A DNA stretch of 64,000 nucleotides from the human T2T-CHM13v2.0 reference genome, Homo sapiens: assembly GCF_009914755.1 (NCBI RefSeq), contig NC_060932.1. One strand, given 5' to 3'. The position numbers and the translations under genes were made by a program. A model generated the notes under the pieces. That model made no database searches. It was not told the DNA's origin and was given only the letters and a program-made list of their open reading frames with translations. Every line of letters starts with the position of its first letter. Position 1 is the first letter of the stretch. Positions 42,281 to 57,747 of this stretch are shown here, in pieces.

Positions 42281-45200
42281 TAAAAATGTTAGAAATTGGA
42301 AAAAATCAGTCAATTATTGGGCAAAAAGAATCTTTTAATATTTTAGCTCAATATAAATGGTCAGATCTAAAATGGTTATAATATTTTGTAATTACACCAG
42401 AACTTTGGAATTGTAATAACACAGCATTAGACTCCCTTCTCTCTTATTTCTTAAGCAATATTCTTTGAATAGAAAGCAAATCTAGTAATTTGCCAGTGAC
42501 TTCATTCATTTTAAGTAAATGGACTAAAAAATATGAAAACTTGTATTGCTCAGTGCTAAGTCCTACTGCACTCTTTCAATGTGTAAAAGGCCTACGTGAT
42601 ATGTGAATGCAGAGATCTGTGGTGTATACACTGTGGTAATAAAGTAAAGGGCTTGTGCTGTGAAAGTATTAATTACATCAGTGATGCATGCTTATCAGCA
42701 AGTTTTGGTCTAATGTTATATAGTTTGTGGTCTAAGCCATGTTAATAATATCTAGAAAGGACAGGAGGATATGCATTTTATGTGGCCAGTTTCACAAACA
42801 GACATGCACACACAAATGTAATCTCCAAATAAATGCACACATGATTCAGATATGAACATTTGTCAAGCATGCAAAAATTTACACTGTAAAATAAGCCCAT
42901 AAAGTTTTTATCCAATCCCTATATGAAAAATGTGAGTTTCACTCTAATGAGCATTTGTGTCTCCTAGACAGACTGGGCTTGTGTGTTCTCGGGGATCCAC
43001 GTCTTGGACCACAGTTGGTGTTACCAGTTTTTTAAAGCCATTCTGATGGGTGGATAATAGTATCTGATTATGTGATTAGTTTTGTTTGGTTTGGTGCTTT
43101 TATATGTCTTTGTTATGGAAATTTTCAAACACACACAAAAGTAGAGAAGATAGTAAAATAAACCTGATTTTTCCAACATACGGCTTCAACAATTTTCCAA
43201 AAAATTGCCCTTTTTTTTGTATGTCCCCACCTACTTGCCCTTCTCTCCCTTCCTCTGCCCTGGGTATTAGGAAGCATTTCCCAGACATCAGGAATACCAG
43301 CCTTTAGCTATGGTGTACAACATATTACAGATGTGCTGGAGGCTGTGTTTTGTTATGTTATTTTCTAAATAATCCAATATATATTCTTTGAAAATTCTCC
43401 AATATAAACAATTTCAGGTCTATATGAATTTATAAGAAATTATAAATCACAGAACTTTAGAAACATGCTCCAAATATATTGACTTCTTTAAAATGTTTCA
43501 CGTTAGTGGAAGCTGTTTTTAGATTTTTGCTTGGCAATCATATTGCTAAATTCAGAGTGTCATTTTTAATGGTGTCCGTATACAGTTAATATTTTTTAAA
43601 GTTTATTTTTTCCAAGATAAAAGTAAATCATGAACATTTTACAAAGTGAAAACAAAAGTATATAGAGTAAATCCATGGCTCCCTTTGGAAGTATCCAGTG
43701 TTGACTTTTTTATTATGGTTTTTTTTCAGTTTTTTTTTTCTGTGAATACTTTTTATATAGTTAAGGTCATAGGTAGTGCTCCCGTAGCTTTCAAAATTTG
43801 GCTATTGTCCAAGTTTATCTTTTTAAAGGAAAAATGTTGAGTAACCGATGGTTCATAGAACCCCCATAGGCGAAGAACCTAATTATTTAAAAATCTAATT
43901 TGAAAATAATTTATGTAAGAAACTAAATTTTTATCCTATGATATATCTTCCAATTGAAAATTTTACTGTAAGAGAGAAGTTATTATAACTGAAAACATAT
44001 TTTTGGATTGTAATCAAAAGTAAAATACATTAAAAATGTTCCAGAACTCACAGCTCCTTGGAATCAACAAATACCATTTTGTAAAACATTGGACTACCCA
44101 ATTGATGTGTCACAATCATAAGCAATTAAACTTTATTTCAGCTTTGAATTTGATCTTCTTCCTAAGCAAATTCTTATCCAGAGGATAACAAATAACAAAA
44201 TGAAGCAGTGTGAATATGACATATTGTCCTTTGACTTGGAGTCTTTATGTGGATAGCCACCCACATTGTTTTGAGATTTAGTGGCAGTGTCATTGCTAAA
44301 TACCCCAGTCAATATTTTCTGCAGAATTGCTTGGCTTTGCCTCATTTTATAGGGCAAAAGATTATCAGAGATGAAAATCCTAGTGATAGCAGAACTTTAG
44401 TTTCCAACTCTGGACCGAGATGTTCTTCAACAATAACTTTGCAATTACAGATCCCATTAAGCTCTAGGCTCTGGACTTGTTGTGGTATAAAAGGGTGGTC
44501 TATGGGCTTCATGAGTCTCTATTACACACGTACAGGAAAGAAACATTTCTCTTTTATAATTTCAATATTATTTTCATTTCAAACTTTAACACTACCGCGA
44601 TTTTGTTTGTTTGTGGTGCTTTTTATCCCTTTACAATTTATTGGGGTTGAATGTATTGGGCTGGATGGGATTTCAGTAATACATGCTTACAGTAGCAAGT
44701 TAAGCAATACAAAGGGTTTATAAGAAACTTATTACTAATTGCCCCTTCCTCCAGTCACTCCATTCCTTGAAAAAATCAAGTTCAGCATTTGGCAAGTGAC
44801 CTTCCACAGGGTTATTTCCAACATACATACGAGTATATGTGCATGTGCGTACTTGTGTACACACACAAATACATGCCTATTTGTTCCTTTCTATTTTTAT
44901 AATTAAGATCATATAGTACATATTACTCTACAACTCTTTTTATTTTCAAAGTTTCTCTCAGTTGTTATGTTTGTTAGTCAGAAATCATTTCCCAAAACAG
45001 CTCCACATCATAGACAAATGGATTTCTATTGTCACATTATTTTACTGTAAAAATTATCTTCCATACTAATTTCATCTAAATAAAATGTTAAGGGCCATTA
45101 CAATGCTTATTATAAATAAGATTGCTATAATTCTGAAAGCTATTATTTTTTAGTACCAATGAGTAACTTTTTGTATTATTTACTGTCATAATACAAACAA

Positions 45201-45385
45201 TCAGATGATCTCAGATTTGGGGTTATTATTCAGTGTTCTTTTAGACTGGGTTCATGTGAGATGTGATCTTCACTTTCCAATTGGACACGGTGACAATGGC
45301 ACACTGCATATTGTACAGAAGTCACATAATTCATCACAGAGAATCAGGTGAATTCTGCGAATAAAAACTGGATGGTATTCTATAA

Positions 45386-45738
<353 letters not shown>

Positions 45739-46379
45739 CACTCATATTTTCTTACATTAAATATGAACGAAGCACTATATGAGACTATAAATGGAATTAA
45801 TTTTTGTGAAAACAAGAAAAGGAGTCCCCGAATTAATTACTGCTGTAAGATTGAGCTTGAGAATTTGTCTTACAAAATCTTTTAATAATGTATTATTCTA
45901 CTCACAAAACAGATATTGGTTTTGTGCCTAGTATGTTCCCTGAGGTGTACAGGGAACCTCAAGGAGCTCCCAGACTATGGGAGTGACCCCTGCGGAGCTG
46001 ACAAGCCAATGCTGGAGAAGTGCACGGGCAGGCTCAGGCGCAGCCACTCAATGGGCCTGTCTGTGTCGGGGGCAGGGGCACAGAGAGGGGCAGGTGAGTC
46101 GAAGCTGATTGGGTGAAGAAAAGACAGTGAAAAGACGGTGAGACCAAAGGCACAGAGCGGGTTTCCCGCCCCAGCTACCACGCTGGTCTGCAGAGCGGTA
46201 AGTCTAAACTGGGGAGAGGTCAGAGGCAGCACAGGGGCCTGTGGGGCAACCGCAGGATCCGCGACCCTCTCTGAGCTCTTGGGAGCCGCTCCCTGGCTTT
46301 AAGAGGAGTTTAGCTGCACAGTGAACGCCAGCATTGGCCTCTGCGTAGTGCTCATTAGGAACTCAAGGGTCTTTCCTAG

Positions 46380-46722
<343 letters not shown>

Positions 46723-46825
46723 ACTCTGGATGGCTTTTTGATTCGGGGAGACCACTCTGAGGGCTCTGCTCTGGGCGATCTCCATTCAGGCAGAACTTCC
46801 TGTGCACCAGGCACCCAGAAGCTGG

Positions 46826-47615
46826 TGAAATGGGAGGAGTTTCCTTATCCCCCTCACAGGGCGTGGGACAGGGTGTGGCTCAGGGTGTGGCTCACTTCTG
46901 TGCCCTGCTGCTCAGGCCCCTAGGGGAGCAGGAAGACAGGTAGGTCGTGGGGAGCATTTTGGGCTTTGACCCCCATGGCAGCGTCCAGGGTTGAGTGTCC
47001 TGAAGCCCCAGTGGGCGTGTGTTACAGTGTGCTTTTTCAGCTTAGCCATCTGCCAAGGGGGCTTGTGTTTATCAGCTCAATTAGACCCTTTGCCTTATCA
47101 AAGCTTTCTGTATCACAAAGGAAGAGCTTTGGTGTACAGGAAAATCAGATCACATGTGGGCTAGGAGAATGAGTGCAAGGCTTTACTGAGTGATGGAAGT
47201 AGCTCTCAGCAGATGAATGGGGAGCAAGAAGGGGGATGGAGTGGGAAGGTGGTCTTCCCCTGAGGTCAGACGCTCAGCCCCCGTTTGCTCCTCCAACCGC
47301 CCTCAGCCAAATTTCCCTTGGGTCCAAATGGTTCCAACTTCCATGGCCTGCCAGCATGTCTGACCATGTGTTCTGCTGGTGTGTTCCTCTTGATTTCCAA
47401 CCACTTGTGTCTGTGTCCACTAGGGTCTCAGGGTTTTTATAAGCACAGGATAGGGGGCCTGATGGGTCAGAGTGGTTTTGGAAAATGCAACAGTTTGGGT
47501 GAATATAGGAGTGCCTGTCCTTACTTAGGTCCATGGGGACAGGCCCAAGGGTGGAGCTGTCACCACAGACCCTGCCCTTCTCTACCCAGCACTTCCCTGC
47601 CTCCCTCCAGAATCA
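46826..47615 (-). mobile_element. ERV1-class solo LTR (LTR9/MER61-like)
   Basis: TGA...TCA termini and 4-bp TSD CTGG (46822-46825, 47616-47619); revcomp starts TGATTCTGGAGGGAGGCAGGGAAGTGCTGGGTAGAGAAGGGC; minus-strand TATAAAA at ~47440. Confidence 0.85.
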
Positions 47616-48070
47616 CTGGGATGGGGCCCTCTCAGGCTGGCTGCCGGGATTGCCTTGGGAGAGGGTCTTCCCCTCTAAGCCCTGGAGCAGGGCCCTAGCC
47701 TGGCTTCTAACATGTATTCCCTTTGCTAAAGGTCACAGCTGGAATGCCAGGCACTGCTCTCTGGACAGTGAGTTGGGAGGAAATATGGCTGCCGTCCACC
47801 TACAGAATTAGAATAGTCAGTATGCTTGCCCAAATTAAACATGCAAAAAGGTCCCAGGCATGTGCCCTGGGGCTTGGAGCCTATTCCCAAAGAAAGGCAG
47901 TGTGGGGCGATAGGCCAGGCTCTTCCTGGCCTTCCTCCTCTGCTTCTGCGATCTGCTCATGACTTGATCTTGCATAGTTTTCCCTTTTGTAAAATGGAGA
48001 TAATAACAGCTCTACCTTGTAGCCTTTTCATGAGAATTAAACAAGTTATTTTGTTAAAGAGCTTTGAATC

Positions 48071-48377
48071 GCTGGGCACAGTGACGTACGCCTGTAATTC
48101 CAGCATTTTGGGAGGCTGAGGCAGGCAGATGATTTGAGCTCAGGCGTTTGCAACCAGCCTGGCCAACATGGCAAAATCTACTCTCTACTTAAAAAATGCA
48201 AAAATTAGCCGGGTATGGTGCTGCACATCTGTAATTCCCACTACTTGGGAGGCTGAGGCAGGAGAATCGCTGGACCCAGGAGGTTGAGGCAGTTGTGAGC
48301 CCACATTGTGCCACTGCACTCCAGGTTGGGTGACAGAGTGAGACCTTTTCTCAAAATAAAATAAAATAAAATAAAAA
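48071..48377 (+). mobile_element. Alu (older AluS/Jb-like) with (TAAAA)n tail
   Basis: Full dimer; TSD AAAGAGCTTTGA. Confidence 0.93.
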
Positions 48378-48591
48378 GAGCTTTGAGCAGTGTTTGGCAA
48401 TTGGTAAGTGTACTATTTCTTTATTGTGATGTAGACATTCAGTACACATTTGTTGAATGACTATTTGTTGCATAAATGAATAAGTGAGTGAATGAATGGA
48501 GAAAATGAAAATGGTGCCCAAAACAGTTTGCTTATGGCTTACTTTGTGGTCCATGTCACTGGCTGGCCCATGGATCAATATGTGGAAAACA

Positions 48592-48812
48592 AGCACACAA
48601 ACCATACATAGACCATACTCACACACACACCATACATACACACATGTACACATCACACATACACCATGCCCACAGGGCACACACAGACACAGGCACACAC
48701 CACACATAGACCATACGCATATACATATCACACACACCACCCACACATATACCATGCACATAAGGCACACACAGACACGACACACACAGCACTGCCCACA
48801 CCCATACACGCG
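48592..48812. repeat. Degenerate (CA)n-rich repeat
   Basis: Visible in the sequence. Confidence 0.95.
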
Positions 48813-50909
48813 TGTCCGGCTGGAAGCAATCCAGTCCTTACATTAGTGGATATGTGCATGCTCTCCGGGTTCTCAGCATTGTTCTGTGCTCCCCTGTGCA
48901 TTTGCTCCCAAGTGAGTAGACGATGGGGTGCACCAAACCCTGTTTGTTTGTTATAGGGAGTGCCTGGAGACAAGACCACGTACAGATTTCATGCAAGGAC
49001 AATTTGAAGAGTTCCGAGGGTTGTATAGACTGGTTTGGGACATATAAACCTGGAGTGTATGCTTTTTGGGTGGGGTGGGTAAGACTTTATCATCATTCTC
49101 AAACTCCATGAATACCTGGAGTCCTGCCAGGGCTGGGTCGCTGGTGCAGCATACCACCCAGCTGCAGTCCCTGAGATCAGGGTGCTGTGGGACAGTGTGC
49201 AGGGAAGGACAGGAGGGTGCAGGTGCTTGCCTTGTCAACTCAGTAAAATACACCTTCCAAGTATCCCAGGGAAGGGTGACCAGCACTGCACGTGATGGCA
49301 AAGGGTAGAGAGGGGTCAGGGCAGATTCCTTCTCTTGAGACAGGTTACTGAGTCACTTCTAAATTAAGCCTGTGACTATATTTGGTAATGCAAGATGTAG
49401 GGCTGAAGAACATGCAATTTACTTTATGCAAACAGATGACCATCTGATGTATACAGTTGGGCTCTTGCTGCTTTGGGGCTTTGGGTGGAAAAGAACAAGC
49501 CAGTCTGGGTTTTGTGGGGTGCTGAAGCCAGGCTCCCCAATTTCCTCATGTATGTTTTCAAGCAAACTAAAATCCTAGGTCAAACACTGCATTCCTAAAC
49601 TTTTTCAAGGTTGCTTGCTTTCAGAGAATTGTAAAAGACCCTCTGTTAGATCACCAGGGCAATTTGATGTTAAAATGCTGGAACCAGAACCAGCAGCGGG
49701 GCTTCTTTCTCTCTGCGGGCAGCTCTGCTAAAGGGAGTGAAAGAAGAGCCTCCCAGAAAACAACGTGTGCATTGTAAGCAGGCCTCCCTCGGGCCTCTGG
49801 CTGGACAGTGGGAGCGTGAAGCCTGCTCACAGGATGGTAATTTCATTGGTTCCACTCGCCGGTCACAGTGGCACGTGCTGGTCAATGACTCTCCACTCAG
49901 TAGGCATTGGAGGCTAAGGGCTCTGGTTCTAAAGCTCTGCAGACCACTCTTGGTGACTAATGGTGCGGCAATCATGTAGACACCATGGGTTAGATTCCCA
50001 CCCCAACCGCAAAAAAGCAGTTGTATAGGCAAGGAGGGCTGCTATCCAGATGGTTAGATGTTGTAGATAAAGTACAGATTCAAGCTCCATTGCAGAATCA
50101 AGGCTGGGGACATCTCTGTAGTCTTGGAGGTTATTACCCAAGAATTTTTTTTGCAGCTATGTATCCTGTCAAGAGTCACGTTATGTTTGCAAATGCATTG
50201 ACCTTTTAGAATCCATCACGTTTGTTTCTCTTTGAAAAGGAAGAGGTCTTAAGCTACTTATTTATTGAGATGCATAATACAAAATTAAATGAAAAAGTAT
50301 AAGAATAGATCCACTACCCTTCACTGTGTGTGAAGGAAGAGCAGTGCTAAAAATTAATCTTTCAAATATTTACACTGAAAGATGCAGTTTATAAAGAACA
50401 AAGATAGCCATGAGTTGGATAACTTTTCCTGTTCGGTAAATGGTATAGTAAACTGAGGGTGAAAATGGAGTGAACGTGGTGGTCTGTTTTTAGAGAAAAT
50501 GAGGATGCAGTACAACTTCCTTTCTAATGGTTTGTGAAGCCAGAGATTCAGTTGCTTTATTATTATATCGAGCTTTGGCAGTATTATTACTCTGGGGGGA
50601 TATGATTTAATTTATGTCACATGTGCCTCAATGTAGAAAACGCTGTGTGAAAACAGGTGATGGAAGCACCTAGGAATAGCTCTGCTCTCCTTATGATGTG
50701 TGCTTCATGGAGTCACTCTGAAAATGATGAATGCAATAGATCCCAACCTCCAGACTTCTAACGCCTGGTGAAAATTATGCTAGCTGAAAATTCCAGGAAA
50801 GTACTCAAAGTTTTCTTGAAATTAGAATATAGATAGTAGGAAAGAATATGGTAATAATGATGAAAGATTTATCTCTGGAGTTCAGTTTTGCTCCTTTTAG
50901 TATAACAAT

Positions 50910-51270
50910 GGCCACATCTGTTGATGGACACTTACAGTGATTCCATATCTTTGCTATTGTGATTAGTGCTGCAATAAACATGAGGGTGGGAGGATGAGAC
51001 AGGTTGGTTCATGGGCACAAACATATAGTTAAACAGAAGGAATAAAATCTAATGTTTGACAGCAGAGGAGGGTGACTATAGTTAACAACAGTATATTTTA
51101 TATTTCAAATAATTAGAAGACTTGAAATGTCCCCAATACATAGAAACTCACGAGTGACAGATGCCCTAAATACCCTCACTTGATCATTACATCATTACAC
51201 ATTCTATGCATGTAACAAAAGATCATGTGTACCCTGTAAGTATGTACAAATATTATGTATTAATAAAAAT
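50910..51270 (+). mobile_element. L1MA-type 3' end with an inverted 5' piece
   Basis: 50910-50987 is antisense L1 (GTTGATGGACACTTA..GATTCCATATCTTTGCTATTGTG..AGTGCTGCAATAAACATG). 50988-51270 is sense 3' UTR (GGGTGACTATAGTTAACAA...TTGATCATTACA...ATGCATGTAACAAAA). Confidence 0.85.
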
Positions 51271-54200
51271 TATTAATGACAAAATGCTTCATTAACTTAG
51301 CTATTACTGTTAAGAAATAAAAACGAAAATGGTCGTGGAAGCTGTCTCAGGCAGACTGGACACTTTTTACATTAGCATATTACCAACAGGGATGCCATTC
51401 AAAGTGAAGGGTTGCAGACAGAGACCCCCTCATTCTGTTAGTATAGATCACTGGCAAGGTAGTCAGTTTTATTTCCTAGCTAACAATTTCCTAAAAGCAA
51501 ACAGTTATATTAGCTTGAAGAGCAACGATCCTTTAAAAAATAATGATAGCAACAGGATCTTCAGAAAACAATCTGAATTCTTTCAAAGTGATAAAGACGT
51601 TGGTACGTGCATCATTCATTTCTGAGCATTTTTCTCAAAATAAAATTGAGGTTTAGAAAAGTACCTCCCAAATGGGCTGGATCCCCAGCATGGGCTGGGA
51701 ACATCCTCTTACGTGTGGTTGAAATAACAATGGTAGAACCTCCCATGTGGTACATCTTTTTATTTGCTTTTAAAATCGGGATTTTAGTGTGTTTATCTCT
51801 GGCTCATACACTATTTTTTTTCAAGGATAAGAAATATTTCTCAAATTTAAATATTCACTAATCGGTCTATTTCTAGTTTTTAAAAGGTTTCAAATTCCTT
51901 ATATATACACATATATGGAATGTGTATGTGTGTATGTGTGTGTATGTATACACGCACTTTACTTCTTAATTTTTTACTTTCTAAAAAATAAAAGTCTGAT
52001 GGGAAGAAGAAAAGGTGAACTACACTTTCACCATTTGCCTCTGAGCAAAACCTTTGGTGCATAATTCTATTTTCCTTAGAAATATATGCCCTGGGAGTGC
52101 TCCTTCCTCCTGCAGCCCCGGATGGCCCCTCACCCTCAGGCTCACCATCCTCCCTAGCTTTGTGCTGTGGCACAGGGCAGGAGCCGAGCGCAGAGACCGC
52201 AGGCAGGTGTCAGCCTCACTCCCTGTCCTTGGTGGTTTCCCAGACTCCACAGGGTACAGAAGTCCAGGAAATGAGAAATCAGCCACCCAAGTTGAGTGGA
52301 AAATTTCAGCATGTTACAGAACATGGGACAGCTGATGTCTGAGGTCGCAGTTCAGAAGGATTTGTAGGTTTACCTGCTTACTCAGTGCATTTCACTGATT
52401 CCTTACAAAGATTACAAATAAACTCACAAAAAGGCAAAAAAATCAGTTGTTAATTCATGTTGACAGGCAGGGTAACGGGTATCATTTTGTTTAATTTCAT
52501 ATGTTTAGCACCATCTGTAGGAGCTACATAACAGAACTCTCTGGAGTTGTTTTGTTTTTAACTCATTTCTCACAAATCATTGAAGGGTACATATTTGTAA
52601 GGAGAGTTCAGCTATCGTAGAAGTAGAGATGAGTGATGGTGAATGTTGGATGCAGCTGAGAAGTGTACTTTTTGTCACTGGGGAGGAGACACCCACCCTT
52701 TGGTTGAGATGCTGTGTTGCTCTGCTGAGAGTGTCAGAAGATGGCCCTCTACAGGATGTTCTGCCTCCATAGAGCGAAAGAGAGGGGATGACATTTACTC
52801 TGATTGATGCTGTTGTTGGAAACGTGGCCCAACACGCACGCTGGTCCCTGTATTCTCTAAATTCTCCATTCCTCCCAACACAGGCCACTGAGTTGCTCAC
52901 ATTCCTCCCATCTTCCCAGTTTGACTCAGCGCCCTTCTCCCCACAGAAAGAAACAAAAGGTCAGATGAATGTTTCCCCTCAAAGCTTCCCGCAGTGACTG
53001 AGTTTTAGAGAAACTTACTCTAAATGAGAAATGAGAAATGGGAAATGAGAGGGGCTGGTAGTTTACAGAATTTAGGGCCATGCAGTGACCTTGCGGATTC
53101 CATGGGGTGTTCACAGAGTCCCAAGGATAATGAGACTGAATTCCCCATTATAATCATTTCCCAGAGCCTTTCGACATGCTAAAGTGAACTTTGAAACTGC
53201 GAGAAGATGTGGCACACACGGCAGGTGACGGGAGTCTGACCAGAGGAGTCGGGGACCATCTGAGAAGACGCGTGTTCTCTAAACACGGCTTGGAAAATAG
53301 GTACTGGTTTTCAAATGCGCTCAGTGAACTCCTTAGACAAGCTTTGAGAAGAGGCAAAGAAGCAGGATGTCGGCCCGTTTCAAGGACAGTCTTCTCCTGC
53401 TCGTTTCTTTCACATGTCTGGCTCTGCAGTGACTAAGCTTTCCTTTGAAGAAAGGTTTCTTTGACTATCGCAACCCCCCAAAAAAAGGATTCTAGAAATA
53501 TTTGTGGATGCTCAAGACCGAAGCTCAACTGTCAGCTATTTTCCCCCTGGCCTTGCTACTCCTGAGACTTCAATATGGTATTTTTGGAATGAAACCACAT
53601 ATGAAATCCAAAAGGCAAAAACCTCTGACTTTTCCCCACAAGTGTGTTAGAACCAGGAGCAAAGGGAAGGGCGCCCTCTTGGTGGGAGGTCACTCATGAA
53701 GCTGGACAGAGGCCAGAGACCCGGCAGTTTGGTGACTTGTGTCTAAGCTCTGAGTGTGGATCCCTGGCTGGACATTCCCAGCTGCAGCACCAGGCTGTCC
53801 TGGGCAGAGGACTCCAGTCCCTGCATTCAAGCGTCAGTCACCTCAGCAGTCACAGCGGCAGCCCGCGGGGTAAGGTAGCTGAAGACTAGAGGCCTGCTCC
53901 CGTGGGACAGATTTACACAACAATTCATCACCATCTCCTGGTGAGGGGGAGATGTTCAAAACTGTGAAAGGTGTAGATGCAAAAGCACAGGCCCTCAAAC
54001 ACAATCAAGTGTGAAACCAGAGAAAAATGATCCTTGAGAATCCGGCTGGGATTTCATCTTTATCCTGCATTATCCTAAAGTTCCAGGCCCAAGGTATGCA
54101 CTGTTAGCATATGTATACATCATTTAAATGTGGTAAAAGGAAAATCAATAAAGGCTGATGGGCATGCGTCTCTGGGTCCCCTGGCCACACTGGGCCCTTG

Positions 54201-55199
54201 CAACTGCACTCCGGTGTGCCCAGGGCCCGCTCCTGTGGAGGCGCAGCTAAGAAAACCCCTGACAGCATGCCACAAAATCAGTTTTCTACCTTCTGCTTTT
54301 TTCTTTCTTTTTCCATTTTTAAAAACTTATATACTGCCTAACTTGCTTCGGGCAAAAACCTCTCAACAGGCTGTGGGATACATTCAAAATGAGTAGCAGA
54401 AGTGACAACTTATCTTTATTTCAACATGGAAATGTGGTTTCTCCAGATGTTTCTAATGTTCCCAATAGGGATTTCCAAAGACTGAATATTGCATCAAGGC
54501 TGCCAGCCTGAAGGGCCCTACACAAGGATAGTGCTTCTGTCTGACGTGCACTCTCTCCTCCGCCACAAACATACACACACACACACACACACACATGCCA
54601 GAAATGTAGACTGTGACTTAAATCTGTGCACAAGTAAAGATGATTCAAGCTGAAACACATTTTCCCTTCTTGACATAGTGACTGATGATAGTTAGACATA
54701 GATTATAGGCAACTGCCTTATTTGCAGAACCAGTAAGGGTATGAAAGACTCTTAACCAGCCCAGAGCATCAAGTAGTGGGTGAATCATTCTGAAGGCTGC
54801 CTTCCAAGACCACAAGAAATTAGGGGGCAGCCTATAAGAAACAGCAATAGCACACCACACCATAGGAAAATCCCATATGGCTTCATCCCAAAGTATTGCA
54901 GAGAGAGAGAGAGAGAGATCTCACAAAGTTGGAGACAAAACTTTTGTTAGACATTGTTTTCTTGTTATTTGTTTGTTTGTGTCTTTTCATCACGCCTTTA
55001 ACTTTTCTGCGAGATGTGGCAACAGTAGCCACAGCATGATTCGAAAAGCGCATGAATGAAGGGGCAGTTTGCTTTCGTGCTGCATGTTGTATTGTTATTC
55101 ATAGATGGACATCTGTGCTTTGTGTTTTGGTTTTTAGGTGTTTTGTAATACCTTAAAATGTTTACAGTCAACCAGAACATGTCTACTTTAGGACAAAAT

Positions 55200-55560
55200 A
55201 GTCATTTGTTCAATAAAAATTTTCTGTTCATCTATTAGGTCCCAGGAATACGTTGCTGGGCATTTGGAAATAAGAATGTGATCTCAGTCCCTACCCTTAA
55301 GGAATTCATCATCTAGTGAGGAGACAGGCACGTAAAGTATGCACAATTGTGCAGTAAGAATATAGGCAAAGGACCCTTAGGTAGGCCTGAGAAAATCAGG
55401 GGAGATTCTTAGAAGAGGCGGCAGTTGAACTGAGATTCCAAGACTATGTAGGAATTAGATGGATTAAGAGGACGATGGGCATTTGAGGCAGTAGGTACAG
55501 CACATATAAGAGTTTAGTTTGTTTAGGGAACTATGAGTTGTTTGGTATTTCTGGAGTGTA
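55200..55560 (-). mobile_element. L2 remnant
   Basis: CATTTGTTCAATAAAAATTTT...CAGTCCCTACCCTTAAGGAATTCATCATCTAGTGAGGAGACAG; similar pieces at ~39960-40110 and ~63150-63320. Confidence 0.65.
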
Positions 55561-56436
55561 CAAAAATGTAAAATAAAACATTATTTATGGAGGAATAAAC
55601 ACACGCTTATGGATTTGAGTAATATCTTACCATGTACAGAAATTGCCTTTATGGCCATGTGCTAAGAAAATATTTTTGTTTAAATTACTTTATTTTGCTA
55701 TACTAGAAAAAGATGGAAAGCCAGGACTCTGTTTTGAGGCTTCTCTGCCACCTCTTATCCTGGCTGACAGAGTTGGGTAGGCGGTTTCCATGAAAGCACT
55801 GCAAAGGCATGCTTGCCGATCCCATAACCTTATGTTTGCCTTAGAGTTGCGCCAATGGGTCAGACATTCCTTCAGATTAATTTATCAAGTACTCAGCCGA
55901 GAGCCACAGCCATATCAGATATTTCACGTTTGGACCAGAATTATTTGAATGTTGAACACGATCCCAAGATAGGCCCTCTCTGCATTTTCTAGAAGCCACT
56001 GACCCTTGAGTAAAGCTTCTCCCTCCTTCCTCTGTGAGCTGGAACATCTATAGATCTTTGGGGAACATATTATTCCCAACCATATTGGGTCAATGAATTG
56101 CCCATGAAGTTTTCAGATATTTAGAAAAAAGTTATTTGTGATAGCAAATAAATTAAACAGAACACCAAAAACATAAATTCTTAACTTCTTTACAGCTTTT
56201 GAGTGTTTATTTACTTAGTAATTGACAAAAGATAATCTCATGATTACTGGATAGCAAAAGCTCTTTGGCCAGTTAGAAACAATATTGAAGTTTTGATATA
56301 ATTTACTGAGTTTTTATTTTATCCAATGCCCCCCATAAATAAGCTAGCTGAATGAAGTTGGGATTTGGGTCCCACCCTCTGTTCAATAAGACCCATGGTT
56401 GATAATGTTGGGCAGTGGCCAATCTAAAAGCCCAAT

Positions 56437-56475
<39 letters not shown>

Positions 56476-57747
56476 ATATATATACATACATACATATATA
56501 TATTTACTTGTTATGGGAAAGAGAGCAAAACAAGATAACAGTAAGTTCAAGTAACATTTTTCTCATTCCTTGTATAAATGATAAGAATTTGAAACTTGAC
56601 TGCATTAACTGGGTTAACTAATAGAAAGAGCTGAGGTGGACACTGAAGGGTGTGGAATGTCAGACAAAGTGGGTTTGCTTCCAGTATCAGCTCAGTCACT
56701 TTTTGGAAAGATATGCTTGACATGGGAGCAGGATGGAGCAGATCACATGGTCCATGGGTGGAAGGTCCTTGCATTCTCAGGCAAGCAGGCTCCTCTGAAT
56801 GGCAGGCGGAGGCCAGCCCCACCATCCATGCCTTGTCTTGACTTGGGTGTTCTGGCTCCTAAATAAATACTGACTTCCTGATCCTTGTGGAGGATCCCTG
56901 GAGGTATCCATCTGTGCACAGCACAACCTTGTTTCAGTTTCAACAAAAGAGTCAGGAAGTTATCATAGCCTACTGCCTTTGTGTAAAATGTCCAGTCACA
57001 GGCAAAAATTTTGGCAGGTGGAATTCACAGGTGTCAGTGGAAATTGTATTCATAAACAAAATAGGTGAAATCCTGGTTCTAATCTTCCTTTTCAACTCTT
57101 CTTTAAATCATTTCTCTTCTGAAATATCATTTTTAACCCTCCTGATTGAACAAAAGATTCTTTGTTTTTAAAAATTACTTTATCTGTAACATAAACCCAG
57201 ATAACAGCTAAAGTTCATAAGAAGAGAATAATGACTCAAGCTTTGGGCATAGAATAAGAGATAAATATAAAACTCTGTCCTTTGGGCTTTTAAAAATATT
57301 TATTTCTTTTCTGATTTCGTAAGTAGTTTATGTATCCCAATGAGTGTACACATTATGTAATGCACTATAGAGAAGGCAAAATTGTAAAAAGTTTTGTCAA
57401 ACTCACTGGATGATGAAGAGACATTTGTGTATTTTAGTGGTCTATAAATTGGAGAAACATCATTCTGACTTCTTCAGCTTTTTGCATCATGCTGAATGAG
57501 ACAATGATAGTACATGCATACTATCTACACACGCAAATCCATGACAATGACATGGCTGATTCTCTGATCATGCCAATGTCAGGTGGTTTTGTATTAAACA
57601 ATGATGAAGAGCAGGTAGGAGAGACTGATGAGAGAAGAATGAATGCCTCTTTCTAGTAGGCAGGGGTAAGACAATGTTTTCAGTAGGTAAAAAGTACAAT
57701 TTCAGCTTTCTTCTGAGTGTTAGTGGGTATGGATTGAAAGCCAGGCT

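Noticed and set aside
53671-53685. CTCF-like GCGCCCTCTTGGTGG
   Set aside because: Only the AGAGGGCGC half matches in register; it cannot be supported without ChIP data.
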